The notes under the pieces were generated by a model. The model saw only the letters and a list, made by a program, of their open reading frames with translations, was not told where the DNA came from and searched no databases. A program made the position numbers and the translations under genes. A stretch of 42,025 nucleotides of DNA from a virus. Lineage: Duplodnaviria > Caudoviricetes. Of this stretch, positions 8,179-18,265 are shown one piece after another (position 1 is the stretch's first letter; the number at the start of each line of letters is the position of its first letter). Where the stretch lies: IMG/VR virus record IMGVR_UViG_3300020380_000280, positions 1-42,025 of that record. One strand, written 5' to 3'.

Positions 8179-9570
8179 CTAAATGTGTTGTTTAAATACA
8201 GATATTAAAGTTGTGTCAAATTGGTGTTGACCTTGAGAATTTGGGCCAGCAAGACTTACTCCCCCCCAAACATTAAGGTGATAAGTTCCTGTGCTTAAAT
8301 AAAAACTGTTAAAAGACATTCTCATTTGTGCTCCCGAAGAACCCATATTATGAAAATCTACCCAAGACGATCCTTTATTAAACTGAGTTGAAGTAGTTGT
8401 TCCTGTGGCTCCAGAACCATTTGTTTCACTTGCAACATAAGTAGATTGAGTTGTACCTGTAGTACCGAAAGATGCAGTTATAAATAGCCTTTCATCTCCA
8501 GTGTATGCACCAAAAAAAGTAGTTTGTACTTGACCAGCATAAACTCCTTGAGTTTGGCTAATAACGGTAAAGGATACACTGCCAAGTCTTTTTAGATGAA
8601 TATTATAATAACTACCGTTATATAGTTTGTTGTAAGCAAAATAAGGCGTGCTTGCTCCAAAAGTATTACCAAATCTCATGTTGTCTTCCACTACACATCT
8701 GTATCCATAACAGACATGACTACCTCCTACATTATTAAGAATAGTGCCATCTCTATCTATATCTGAAATTATAGCTGTACTTTGGCTCTCTACTTTTATT
8801 GTAGAAAAAGAATGGGCAGTTCCTTTTTGTACCCCATTTACTGTGTTCGCTGTTATTCTATCTGCGTTCAGTGTATTTGTATTTATCTTACTCCCATCTA
8901 AATTAAGGATTTTTGCATTAGTTATAGCAGCATCATCTATTTCAGCCGTACCTATCGCTGCATCGGCAATAACACCAGAAGCTGCAGTTATGGCATCAGC
9001 AACAAAAAAGTCAGTAACATTTGAACTAGAAACCTTAGAAGTGGTTACATTTATACCATTGGTAAACTGCCCTTCTATATTAGAAGTAGATACATGTCTG
9101 ACCCAATAATAAAAATCTGAGTTTAAATCTACAGTATCTGCGTATACTGAAGTTCGAGTAGTATCAATACGAGTAGCACTACCTATGTCATTACTCGTAT
9201 GACGCCACACTTCAGTAAAAGCAAAGTTACCAAACTGTATTTGATCCCAAGAAAGAATAATTTTTTGAAATGCACCTGTACCGGAAAACCCAGTAACATC
9301 TGGTGGTATCGTAACATCAACTCTTTCTGTAGGTACAAAAGTATTCTCTGGTGTGCCAGCATCTGGGTTAAAAGGATTTTCTAAAAAGTTTTCAGCTAAC
9401 CCAGTATCGATAAGTTCTCGTACTGTTACTGCTCTATCTTTTGGGTCGCCAAGCGTACCTAAACGTACTTTTAAAGCTTCATCAACAGCGCTTAAATAGG
9501 TTTTTAATTTTGGGTCAACATCAGAGGGTATAGGTGGTATTGAAGGTAGTTTGGTTTCGTTAGTAGCCAT
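8179..9570 (-). CDS. Tail spike / host-specificity protein
   Basis: FN3-like segment (ILSWD..EVWR..YYWVRHV) and AI..A.I.DAAITNAKI repeats. Lies between the nozzle and chaperone genes. Confidence 0.65.
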   Translation of the reverse strand: MATNETKLPSIPPIPSDVDPKLKTYLSAVDEALKVRLGTLGDPKDRAVTVRELIDTGLAENFLENPFNPDAGTPENTFVPTERVDVTIPPDVTGFSGTGAFQKIILSWDQIQFGNFAFTEVWRHTSNDIGSATRIDTTRTSVYADTVDLNSDFYYWVRHVSTSNIEGQFTNGINVTTSKVSSSNVTDFFVADAITAASGVIADAAIGTAEIDDAAITNAKILNLDGSKINTNTLNADRITANTVNGVQKGTAHSFSTIKVESQSTAIISDIDRDGTILNNVGGSHVCYGYRCVVEDNMRFGNTFGASTPYFAYNKLYNGSYYNIHLKRLGSVSFTVISQTQGVYAGQVQTTFFGAYTGDERLFITASFGTTGTTQSTYVASETNGSGATGTTTSTQFNKGSSWVDFHNMGSSGAQMRMSFNSFYLSTGTYHLNVWGGVSLAGPNSQGQHQFDTTLISVFKQHI

Positions 9571-11324
9571 TAGATAGCCCTCAGTTCATCTATAGACTCT
9601 CCAATACAGACTTCATTTATAGTATGCGCACCTGATACTTCTACTTCATATACTTTATGTACACCAGTAGGTAGTCTTAAAATTGGTTCCATAATTGTTG
9701 TTGCACTAAAAGAGGTAGGTGCAGAACCTGTTGCACTAAACACGGACCCAGAGGCTGTAATTGTAGCGTCAAATATTTCTGTACCATCCCCAAATACTTT
9801 TACTGTAATACCAGAACCAGAATATGCTTCGGCTTCTACTTTTACAAAGTTCATACTAGTAGGTTTAGGTAAAACAAACTGTGCGGTTTTAAATGTTTGT
9901 GTAGTATTTGTAGCACTACCCTGAAAAAGTTCTACTTGAGCATTACCACCACCAGAATCATAATCAATAAGGTACAGTTCATTATCATCAGGGTCAGTAA
10001 AACCACCTTGTGCATGACCTGTAGCTATTGAACTAAGTGTTGTAAAAGCATTCTTACCACCACGTGGGTCAAACATAAAAGCGCCATAAGCAGAGCCTGT
10101 ATAATATTGCCCTACATATTTACCTTGCCACAGAAAACCCTTAATTGTGGAGGGATAGAACTGTGCTTGCCATTGTTTAGGTGTAATTAAACCTTCAGTA
10201 AGTACACTTATTTCACTACCAGAAACTCCTATTAAACCATCCGGTGAGGCATAAATAGCCAAACCCCCCATATTAACAAGTGACTCTTTATTTAAACATG
10301 CCTGTGCTGCTTCCATACGCACCACACTCATAGATTGTGAGTCTGTACCCGCGGCTATATAAGGTGTACCTTTAGTAGCAATAAACAAAGCTTGACCCGC
10401 CATAGCTAGGCCAACAATCTCTTCTTCAAGTGTTATGCGATACGCTACTGGCCAAGCATGTGGTAAAAAAGGTTCTGAAAAACAAATTCTTTTACCACTA
10501 AACCCGGCAAAAATACCGTTAGCCATAGCAGTCAAACCTAACATCTGTCCGTTAGGGTAAGTACTAGTGTCATCGTCTGGTGGTGCAATCCAATAAGTAG
10601 AAGGTATTATCTCAGCCAAAGCATCATTATTTAGATTATCTGTCGTACTTGCGGTAGCTAAAGATACTTCTTTTACAAATTGAAAATTCGTAGTATTAGA
10701 ACCAGTATTAGAACGGTAGATACGTTTATTGGTTAAGTTAGTATTACTTTTAGAAGTAGAAGTATCCATACCAGAAATAGTTACAGTTTGCCCATCTACT
10801 TTTGTTAATACCGTGGATGCGGGCGAGGGTGGGCCCTCTTCACCAAATGCAGATACAAAAGTATATACATAAGATGTGCTGTATTGCGTTTGCGTACCAT
10901 CATCACTACCAGAAGTTATACTTGTACTTGCAGCACTAGTTGGTGCAGGTATGCCTAGTCTGAAAAAACTTCTTGGGTAAGCACCGGAACCAGAAGCAAG
11001 TAGTTGTGTAGAACTACCCATTTGTGGAAACCCAGCTCCAGTCCAATACAAACGGTCAAAAGCATCATCTGCTACAGGGCCCGGTTGTACATCTACAGCG
11101 TTAGTAAATTCTAAATTATAAGTTTGACCACCAAAATCATACCTATACAAACCAGCTCTGGCTTGTGCATTTAATGTGGCTATTGTGCTATTACTAGTAA
11201 TTGGTGTTAATACACCACGATCTAAGTCTGTGTTGTTTGCAGTCTGACCTAAACCTTCACCTAATAATCTAGGTGAAACTTGGGGTGCAATACCGTTAAA
11301 ACTTTTCAGCTTAAAGTAAGCCAT
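9570..11324 (-). CDS. Tail nozzle / stabilisation protein (beta-propeller type)
   Basis: N-terminal F.GIAP..SPRLL, YVYTFVS.FGEEGPPS and FSEPFLPHAWP motifs typical of podoviral tail proteins. Confidence 0.65.
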   Translation of the reverse strand: MAYFKLKSFNGIAPQVSPRLLGEGLGQTANNTDLDRGVLTPITSNSTIATLNAQARAGLYRYDFGGQTYNLEFTNAVDVQPGPVADDAFDRLYWTGAGFPQMGSSTQLLASGSGAYPRSFFRLGIPAPTSAASTSITSGSDDGTQTQYSTSYVYTFVSAFGEEGPPSPASTVLTKVDGQTVTISGMDTSTSKSNTNLTNKRIYRSNTGSNTTNFQFVKEVSLATASTTDNLNNDALAEIIPSTYWIAPPDDDTSTYPNGQMLGLTAMANGIFAGFSGKRICFSEPFLPHAWPVAYRITLEEEIVGLAMAGQALFIATKGTPYIAAGTDSQSMSVVRMEAAQACLNKESLVNMGGLAIYASPDGLIGVSGSEISVLTEGLITPKQWQAQFYPSTIKGFLWQGKYVGQYYTGSAYGAFMFDPRGGKNAFTTLSSIATGHAQGGFTDPDDNELYLIDYDSGGGNAQVELFQGSATNTTQTFKTAQFVLPKPTSMNFVKVEAEAYSGSGITVKVFGDGTEIFDATITASGSVFSATGSAPTSFSATTIMEPILRLPTGVHKVYEVEVSGAHTINEVCIGESIDELRAI

Positions 11325-11327
11325 ATA

Positions 11328-11729
11328 TTAGTCATCTCCTCTGGCTACTTTCTTTTGCTTTTCAAAAGTCCTGAGCCCTGCCATGCCGAGCATCGCCATA
11401 AGTATGGTAGACAATTGAGTAAAATCAAACTCTGGCATATCTACTTTTACACCAGATAGTGCAGCAATCCACTCACCTACAGGCAGTACAATAAAGTGCA
11501 CCATCATTGCAACTGAGCAGCCCCAACCTACAGATGGGCGCCAACCGGCAACAAACCAGTTTTTGCTAGCTGCTTCGATTTTATTTACTTCAATCTGTGA
11601 AAGATTAGCTGTTTGTAGTTGTGTCTTGAGTTCATGCTCAAGTTTCATTTTTAGGTTTTTGTCAGCAACGAACTTGTTTAGAACACTGCCAGCAATACCT
11701 ACTACTGAGTTTGTTATTGGATCCGCCAT
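11328..11729 (-). CDS. Holin, 3TM (GTA_holin_3TM-like)
   Basis: Q.EVNKIEA....FVAGWRP.VGW and MLGM.GLRTFEK. Confidence 0.85.
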   Translation of the reverse strand: MADPITNSVVGIAGSVLNKFVADKNLKMKLEHELKTQLQTANLSQIEVNKIEAASKNWFVAGWRPSVGWGCSVAMMVHFIVLPVGEWIAALSGVKVDMPEFDFTQLSTILMAMLGMAGLRTFEKQKKVARGDD

Positions 11730-11738
11730 AAATACCTC

Positions 11739-12017
11739 CTATGTGCGTAAAAAATATACTAATAATCCTATTCCTGCGGCTACGACAATCCACATAAATC
11801 TCTCTATGAATCGTCCTGTATTAGAATTGACATCGGATTGTGACTCTACGTCATCTAGACGTTGTTCTATCTTATCCATTCTAATAAAGAACCTATCGTT
11901 TTGCCTTAATACGGTAGCTACTCGTTCTTCAATACGAGCAATAGACACGACTGCATCTGCTAGTCGGTCGAGTTTTTCTTCTATTTTCTCTAGTCTTTGC
12001 TCTTGTGTGTCACTCAT
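11739..12017 (-). CDS. Coiled-coil protein with C-terminal TM helix (lysis-cassette accessory)
   Basis: RLEKIEEKLDRL..IARIEER coiled coil and a C-terminal hydrophobic helix; between endolysin and holin. Confidence 0.6.
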   Translation of the reverse strand: MSDTQEQRLEKIEEKLDRLADAVVSIARIEERVATVLRQNDRFFIRMDKIEQRLDDVESQSDVNSNTGRFIERFMWIVVAAGIGLLVYFLRT

Positions 12018-12381
12018 AACTCCAAACCCAAGGTCTTGGTCTGGTGCTAGTAGCTTCTAAAGTGTCTAAATGTATAAATCTAGAGTCGCCATGTTGCTTC
12101 ACACCAAGCCCGGTTATACCGTGTTTTAACGCTACTTCTATACACTTTAAGGCGTCCGCGCCCCGAATGAGTATGTCTACAGCCTTGCCACTTGCGTGGG
12201 CTCCCGGTTGTGATTTTTTTGCTTCTATAGGATGCGTTGGATCTCTATAGGCACTTGTTATTATAAACGGAATTCCTACTTCTTCACGTATTTTTTCAAG
12301 GGTCTCCATAAACTCTGGGTCCATTTTACATATCCCAGTATGCTTACACTTGAGTTCGTCTTCGTTAAAATATTTCCACAT
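12010..12381 (-). CDS. Endolysin, peptidase M15A family
   Basis: YF...EL.C, ITSAYR, H..GKAVD and FIHLD zinc-ligand motifs. GGAG RBS supports start 12381. Confidence 0.88.
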   Translation of the reverse strand: MWKYFNEDELKCKHTGICKMDPEFMETLEKIREEVGIPFIITSAYRDPTHPIEAKKSQPGAHASGKAVDILIRGADALKCIEVALKHGITGLGVKQHGDSRFIHLDTLEATSTRPRPWVWSYE

Positions 12382-12386
12382 ATTAC

Positions 12387-12959
12387 TTATCTCCAAGCAC
12401 TTCCTTCACACCATGATACCAAAGAATGTCTAACACCTTTAGTAACCGGAGCTACTCTGTGCGTTACAAAAGATGGGAATATTATAACAGTTCCTTTACC
12501 TCTAAGTTTTTCTCTTGGTATACAACTTAAGTTACCATCACAAAATTCAAGGTCGCCCCCTTCATAATCATTTGGATCAGAGAGTTGTATACTTATGCTA
12601 AGTTTTCTTTGTGAGGCATTTGAGTCGGCGTGCAAATGGGTATCTGTGTGCCAAGAATTGTAATGTTCATCTACTTGGTATTCAGTGTGTTGTATGTCAA
12701 ATATACCCCCAGATATATCAACATCAAATATCATTCTATTTACTGGAATAAGAAAATTTTTTAAAAGATCAAAACTTTCAACCCAAAGCTCCTGATGCTC
12801 TGGTTTAACCCATCTAACTGTAGAGCTTCTCCTATCTTTAATTGTTTTCATATCCTCCGAGGTTCCAATTTGGGCCTCTTCTGGTTTTACTTTATTTAAA
12901 ATTGTAGTATTAAACTTATCACACACCTCGCTGGGCACGGTGTTTTCTATAATGTACAT
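12387..12959 (-). CDS. 2OG-Fe(II) oxygenase (PKHD / prolyl-hydroxylase-like)
   Basis: WHTD, RKLSISIQLS..DYEGGDL and FPSF..HRV.PVTKGVR.SLV.W. Confidence 0.9.
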   Translation of the reverse strand: MYIIENTVPSEVCDKFNTTILNKVKPEEAQIGTSEDMKTIKDRRSSTVRWVKPEHQELWVESFDLLKNFLIPVNRMIFDVDISGGIFDIQHTEYQVDEHYNSWHTDTHLHADSNASQRKLSISIQLSDPNDYEGGDLEFCDGNLSCIPREKLRGKGTVIIFPSFVTHRVAPVTKGVRHSLVSWCEGSAWR

Positions 12960-12960
12960 A

Positions 12961-13719
12961 TTACTCTTCAATGTACCCTCCTAATCCAATTTGTTTTTTA
13001 AACTCTAAATCTTTTTCTGATGTTACAACTGGGGGTAATCCCAAACCTTCTCTTCTGTCATATTTAAAATATTCATTTTTTGTAGGTGTATAGTGTAAAA
13101 ATAGTTGTAAACACTCCTTACCCTCTAAAGGTTCTCTCCAATGTTGACAATTATGCCCTTGATAAATTACGCAATCTCCGGGTCTTAAATTTATGTTTTT
13201 GTTGTTACCAGATAAATCTTTCATACCCAACTCCCACTGGTTACCACCAATATGGATTGTCCCTGATACTACTAACTCACCCCTATCTATATGGTTTAAT
13301 AATTTATCTCCCTCTACATAAAACCTTAAAAAACTTGTAGTATTGTAAAGTTCTTCTCCAGATATTTTTTCAAAAATACTTTTATATTTGTTTAAAAGGG
13401 TATCGGTAAAAGCATCCCCAGATAAACTAAAAGTTTCTTTTTTAAAATCTAGTTCTCCAAGTAACCCAAAATACAATTTAGAAAATATTGGTTTAGTAAA
13501 AGAGTTTGGATATTCTCCAACACAGTATTTGTTAATCCATTTACTGGCGTTTCTTTTAAGTTTTGTGTATTCAAATAATAATGAAACTTCTTCTTCGCTC
13601 AACAAGTTTTCATAAACGACGTAACCGTTTTTTAAAAAGTTATTTTTTAAATATAAGAATTTTTCTTTTTGTTGAGCACGGTTAAATTTTTCATCTACAA
13701 GATTTAATTCCTTAATCAT
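12961..13719 (-). CDS. 2OG-Fe(II) oxygenase, second family
   Basis: RFY..GD.L..HIDR, L.PGD.VIY.G....HWREPL and QLFLHY. Confidence 0.8.
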   Translation of the reverse strand: MIKELNLVDEKFNRAQQKEKFLYLKNNFLKNGYVVYENLLSEEEVSLLFEYTKLKRNASKWINKYCVGEYPNSFTKPIFSKLYFGLLGELDFKKETFSLSGDAFTDTLLNKYKSIFEKISGEELYNTTSFLRFYVEGDKLLNHIDRGELVVSGTIHIGGNQWELGMKDLSGNNKNINLRPGDCVIYQGHNCQHWREPLEGKECLQLFLHYTPTKNEYFKYDRREGLGLPPVVTSEKDLEFKKQIGLGGYIEE

Positions 13720-14629
13720 CCTCCTCCATTAGGTTCCTAATGTAACCTTTAACTTGTTTTACCTCTAAAGTAGTATCATCATATACAACTCCGTAACACC
13801 AGATTTGTTCATCAGTATTTAATTTATCTTCTGGTATAGGAAAAGCGTGCCCATTTTTCTCACACCAAGGTTTTACCACCTCATGCGTACCAAAAACAAA
13901 TACATCTCTTTCCGAAGTCTTTTCGCCCCCTTCTCTGTAAATATCTGCAAAACAATAATAATACGGACTTATTTCCATAGGTAAATCTTTTGGTCTAGGT
14001 ATTTCATGAGTCTGTTCATGTCCGTAATAAACAACCTTTAACAATCTCTCTTTACTATCTAAGTCATATTTCAAACCAAACCAAGGACACCATTGGTGTT
14101 GGTTTTTGTCTAGACCATAGGCTTCCAACAACTCAGGATATTCTTCTAGTGTTTGTCTTATGTGATACATACTAATAGAGTTCGTAGTTTTATAAGGGGG
14201 TCTTAATGGTGCACCCTCCGGAGCATAGTAAGTACCAATAACGTTTAACCTATCTGAAGCCCAAATTATTTTTTCATCTGGGAATGCTGCTTGTACTTTT
14301 TCTAAAAGATCGGGGCCTTCTCCTGCTGATATGTTGAAGTCTTTTCTAACTATTTTACCGTTTACATACACATCATCATAAACGTTAGTTTTGTACAGAT
14401 AAGAATCATTCTGCATAACTAACCTTTCAAAAGCCGTTAGTTCTTTCCACCAAGCTTCTAAAGTATCGCAGGTGGTGGTATCTAAATTTCCTTTTTCGTC
14501 TATAAGTAATGCGGAGTCTTCTTTACACCATTCAATTTCATAATCTTCACCATTACTTAATTTGCCTTCAAACCTAATTAATTTACAAGGGGTACCGTCA
14601 TGATTAACGTCTGGTTTTATTGTTGCCAT
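13712..14629 (-). CDS. Hypothetical protein (305 aa)
   Basis: Long ORF coupled to both neighbours; no securely recognised family. Confidence 0.7.
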   Translation of the reverse strand: MATIKPDVNHDGTPCKLIRFEGKLSNGEDYEIEWCKEDSALLIDEKGNLDTTTCDTLEAWWKELTAFERLVMQNDSYLYKTNVYDDVYVNGKIVRKDFNISAGEGPDLLEKVQAAFPDEKIIWASDRLNVIGTYYAPEGAPLRPPYKTTNSISMYHIRQTLEEYPELLEAYGLDKNQHQWCPWFGLKYDLDSKERLLKVVYYGHEQTHEIPRPKDLPMEISPYYYCFADIYREGGEKTSERDVFVFGTHEVVKPWCEKNGHAFPIPEDKLNTDEQIWCYGVVYDDTTLEVKQVKGYIRNLMEEDD

Positions 14630-15240
14630 TATCTTGCGTAAAAATTAAAGGTACTACCAACGTTTGGAAAAGGGGCATAATTTGGGTGGTTATTTCCCGG
14701 CCAAGTCCACTGTCCAGCAGTTCCAAAAGCAGTATAGGTACCAGAAGTTCTGTAATAATAAGTTGAGGTTATTTGCATGTAACTCCAACCACTATTACTA
14801 GCTGTACCAGACTGTAAAGTCATTTGACCACCACTATATACTCCCGAGCCCCCGGGACTACTACTAGCTAGATAAACTGTAATAGTACTGTCATGTCCAG
14901 CAGTAGCAGTAAAAGCTGATTCATAAACTGTATCACTACCGGCAAAACTACCTAACTGTCCAAACAGTACCACAGTACCAACTCCCCTAGCTTGACTTAC
15001 AGACCCCGGACTTACTGGACTTGAAGGGAAAGTATAACTACCACCTCCAGCCGTGCCCACAAGGTTATGATACCCTCGAGTTTTTGAACGCATTTGTAAG
15101 AAAGTTTTTGTTGTGCCCGGACTGTAGTAATACCCTAACTGTCTTATATCTCGGTCATCAAAACTACACGTAGTCCCAGAAGTTCCTCCAGCTTCAACAT
15201 GCATTTGGTTTAAGCTTATTGTACCGCTAGGAGTTGTCAT
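14629..15240 (-). CDS. Putative tail-fibre tip / adhesin
   Basis: N-terminal P.G.ISL..MH.E.GG motif, Gly/Ser/Tyr-rich; directly downstream of the fibre gene. Confidence 0.55.
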   Translation of the reverse strand: MTTPSGTISLNQMHVEAGGTSGTTCSFDDRDIRQLGYYYSPGTTKTFLQMRSKTRGYHNLVGTAGGGSYTFPSSPVSPGSVSQARGVGTVVLFGQLGSFAGSDTVYESAFTATAGHDSTITVYLASSSPGGSGVYSGGQMTLQSGTASNSGWSYMQITSTYYYRTSGTYTAFGTAGQWTWPGNNHPNYAPFPNVGSTFNFYAR

Positions 15241-16448
15241 TTATCCTCTAATTCTTTTACTTTAGCTGTAAGAGTCTCTATCTGTTTTTGTTGTTCTTTA
15301 ATAGCTTCGACTAATAAACCTACTGTGTTGCCATAACGAATAGCTAAATGTTCCTCTGCTTCTATATCATTAATTTCATCAGGTATTGTTTCTGAAGTAT
15401 AAACTGCTTCAGGTAATACTTTTTCTAAATCTTGTGCAATTAAACCTGTGAGTCTGTTGCCATCAGATTTTAAAGTATAAGTAATACCTTTAAGTTGTTT
15501 TACTTTATCTAGAGCGTTATCAATGACTTCTATGTTTTCTTTTAGTTTTATATCAGAAGGAGAGCCATAAGCTGTGACATTATTTAAAAATATTGCGTTT
15601 CCACTAGAATCAATACTTGCATTATTTGCACCACCTGCATCTCTAAAGAAAAAATAATCACTTTGTAAATATAAGTTTCCTGCGTGTGCTTGAATTTTAT
15701 ATGATTTTTCTCCTGACCAAGTTCCAGCATTTAATACAATATCCCTATTCGCTGGAACACTAACTCCGCCGTAGGTAGCTCCATCAAGAGTAATATCCCC
15801 CGAACTATTAAACTCAACTTCATTGTTCCAAGCAGATCCATCCCAATGGTGAAAAGCTAAAGTAGTAGAAGCTGTACCCGGTGGGTTGCTACCCCCTGAT
15901 GAGCCGACTGCCCAAAAAGTGCTACTGGTTCCAGCCACTTGGAAATATTTTCCTGCTGTCTCCAAAAGAACATTACCATTAAACTTACCAGTTCCGTCTA
16001 CATGTAATTTTTCAGTTGGGTTTATCCCTCCTATACCTAACCCCGTGCTATCTATTCTAGCTATCTCAGTACCAGCAGCTTTGAGTTTAATTTTATCTTC
16101 GTCAGCAGCTTCTTCTACGAGAACTTGAGTATCACCATCCAAATCAGTAAGACTGCTTGTACCCATTTCAAGTACCTTTGCAGTAAGTCTGAGTTCTATT
16201 TTTGCACCACTACCGAAGGTAGCAGCCGAAGTATTGTCTTGAGCCCTTACAACAGTAAGATCGTTACTAGAGATACCAGTAACTTTAACTACTTCTATAT
16301 TTGAGCCATCATCAATAGTTGCGAAAAAGACATCATTAGCGGTAGGTGTGGGAAAAACAGCTGCAGATGTTACGGGGACTGTCGTAACGGAGTTGTTTAT
16401 CCCACTCGATAAAGTAGTTTCGGCATTGTTTTTAAAAAGCAATCCCAC
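15237..16448 (-). CDS. Tail fibre with C-terminal intramolecular chaperone (peptidase S74)
   Basis: GIG..NP.EKLHV.G repeat, then SDIKLKENI...GLIAQD.EKVLPE.V...YG..VGLLVEAIKE. GTG start with GGAGG RBS. Confidence 0.9.
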   Translation of the reverse strand: MGLLFKNNAETTLSSGINNSVTTVPVTSAAVFPTPTANDVFFATIDDGSNIEVVKVTGISSNDLTVVRAQDNTSAATFGSGAKIELRLTAKVLEMGTSSLTDLDGDTQVLVEEAADEDKIKLKAAGTEIARIDSTGLGIGGINPTEKLHVDGTGKFNGNVLLETAGKYFQVAGTSSTFWAVGSSGGSNPPGTASTTLAFHHWDGSAWNNEVEFNSSGDITLDGATYGGVSVPANRDIVLNAGTWSGEKSYKIQAHAGNLYLQSDYFFFRDAGGANNASIDSSGNAIFLNNVTAYGSPSDIKLKENIEVIDNALDKVKQLKGITYTLKSDGNRLTGLIAQDLEKVLPEAVYTSETIPDEINDIEAEEHLAIRYGNTVGLLVEAIKEQQKQIETLTAKVKELEDK

Positions 16449-16466
16449 AGTAAAACCTCCTTAGTT

Positions 16467-16898
16467 TTAACTAACTGTCACTGTCCAAGTGACTGTCATA
16501 CTGTCTGATGCACCTTTGTTTACAACGGAAAAGACTGTTCTACATAATAAAGTACCACTTGAGCTAGCGTTTAAAATACCAGCTTCGGTTACAGCACCAG
16601 TACCAGTTCCTGCTGGAAAACTAGCTACGTAAGTAACTACAGCACTAGAAACGGTTGTACTTGTAAGAGCAACCCTACCTAGTTCGTTACCTAGAGCAGT
16701 GTCATTAGCAGCAGCGGCAGTGCTTCCAGATCCAATAGCCATGTGTGACATAGCAGTTGCACTAGTGTCTTTCATACGAGAAGCAACGTAACCTTTACCA
16801 GCAGTAACAACTAAGTTGTCAACTTCTTGTACAAGTTCGTCATTTACATGTATTTGTAGACGTCCTTTCATTTTTAATGCGTCATTTATATTTGACAT
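16467..16898 (-). CDS. Virion structural protein (tail collar / fibre-base-like)
   Basis: NLVV..G, MAIGSG......DTAL..E..R, EAGI.N and TVTWTV beta-sandwich pattern. Confidence 0.6.
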   Translation of the reverse strand: MSNINDALKMKGRLQIHVNDELVQEVDNLVVTAGKGYVASRMKDTSATAMSHMAIGSGSTAAAANDTALGNELGRVALTSTTVSSAVVTYVASFPAGTGTGAVTEAGILNASSSGTLLCRTVFSVVNKGASDSMTVTWTVTVS

Positions 16899-16909
16899 AA
16901 AAACCTCTC

Positions 16910-18265
16910 TTAAGAGTTAATTGAATACGTATTAAGGGCAGACTTGTTAAGCAGAGCTCCTGAAGTACCACCTACGAATAATTGTACATTAATTGATTCA
17001 GATACTGAAACACTATTTGCTACAGTTGCAGGAGCAAAGCCAATACTTGGAGAATCAGTTACATTAGCAGTCTCAACAAACTGGTTCTCACCATTTATAT
17101 TTATGTTCTCAGTAACAGTTGCGGTATCAGTTAAAGGTTTACTAACTGCAAATGGCCCTAAACTTTCTGCTACAGAAACCACATTATTTTTATTTATACC
17201 CGATTCTGTAGCTAAATCGTCACTAGGGCTTGCAGTATCATCTAAAGCATAAGCATCTGTAAAAGTACGTAGAAAAGTAGATACTTTAGCTAAAGACTCA
17301 GACATTTCTACACGCATAGGGGCTATAAGGTTTACTTTATTACCCATACCGCTGTGGTTTGCACAGTAGTAATGTAAAGCTGAAACCCCAGCAAATGGCG
17401 CAAACTGTATCTCGGTGTAAGCACCGGCTTGTCCCGGAGTACCGTTGTACGTTACATCGGGATCCGCGCTCTGTTCACTACCACTGTTGTGCGTACCATC
17501 TGAAGTCTCAGAAAACTTTAGAGGGTGAGTTGCATTAGATGAGTGTGATTGATCAAACCTATAGGTTGCCCCTGTAAAAAACGTTGCAGCTTCAAAATCT
17601 ATCGTAGGGTTTTCAGCACCATTTATGTAGAACCTGTTACCACTGCCACTAGTAGCAGCAGCTACAGTCACTGTGTAAGTTACTGTTGTACCCGGACTCG
17701 GTGGGCTACCTAATGTTTTATTTGGTACTACATCAGAACTTTCAGAAATGGACGATGTGTCAGAAGCCGCTTTACCAAACGAACTAGCATACGATTCTGC
17801 GACGTTCGCCGAATCTGACGGATTTTTACCGAAGTTAAGAACAGAACTTTCTGCTACACTAAGTGTATCCGAAAACGCACGTTCAAAAATTAACAAGGTT
17901 ACAATACTTTCGGTTACACTGAAGGTATCCGAAGCGGGCCTGCTTGTACTCAAAGCAGCCAATTCTGTTAATTGAAAAACATCTATTGAATCAGAAGCAT
18001 CTTTTGCTATCGAATTAGCTAAAGACTCAGTAATATTTACACTAAGGGCTTTATCAGCCTGATATAAGGGTGTAAAGAATAAGTTTTTAGAGTCTGCATC
18101 AAGAACGATATCTACTGACTTTAAATCAAGAAAATTTATACCATACTCTAAATTAATAAAGTTTGTTAAAGATTTTATATTTTGAAATACGGTAACTGGC
18201 TCTAACGAGTCAGTGTCTACTATTGCGCGTAGATTATTACTTGATACTATTGCTCGAAGTGCCAT
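16910..18265 (-). CDS. Repeat-rich structural protein with an inserted cupredoxin-like domain
   Basis: ~18-20-aa SD....V.ES....FGK repeats interrupted by a domain containing HPLKF..YYCANHSGMG. Confidence 0.6.
   Translation of the reverse strand: MALRAIVSSNNLRAIVDTDSLEPVTVFQNIKSLTNFINLEYGINFLDLKSVDIVLDADSKNLFFTPLYQADKALSVNITESLANSIAKDASDSIDVFQLTELAALSTSRPASDTFSVTESIVTLLIFERAFSDTLSVAESSVLNFGKNPSDSANVAESYASSFGKAASDTSSISESSDVVPNKTLGSPPSPGTTVTYTVTVAAATSGSGNRFYINGAENPTIDFEAATFFTGATYRFDQSHSSNATHPLKFSETSDGTHNSGSEQSADPDVTYNGTPGQAGAYTEIQFAPFAGVSALHYYCANHSGMGNKVNLIAPMRVEMSESLAKVSTFLRTFTDAYALDDTASPSDDLATESGINKNNVVSVAESLGPFAVSKPLTDTATVTENININGENQFVETANVTDSPSIGFAPATVANSVSVSESINVQLFVGGTSGALLNKSALNTYSINS

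Noticed and set aside
8179-16448. Diversity-generating retroelement or invertible fibre cassette
   Set aside because: No template/variable repeat pair, reverse transcriptase or invertase seen.
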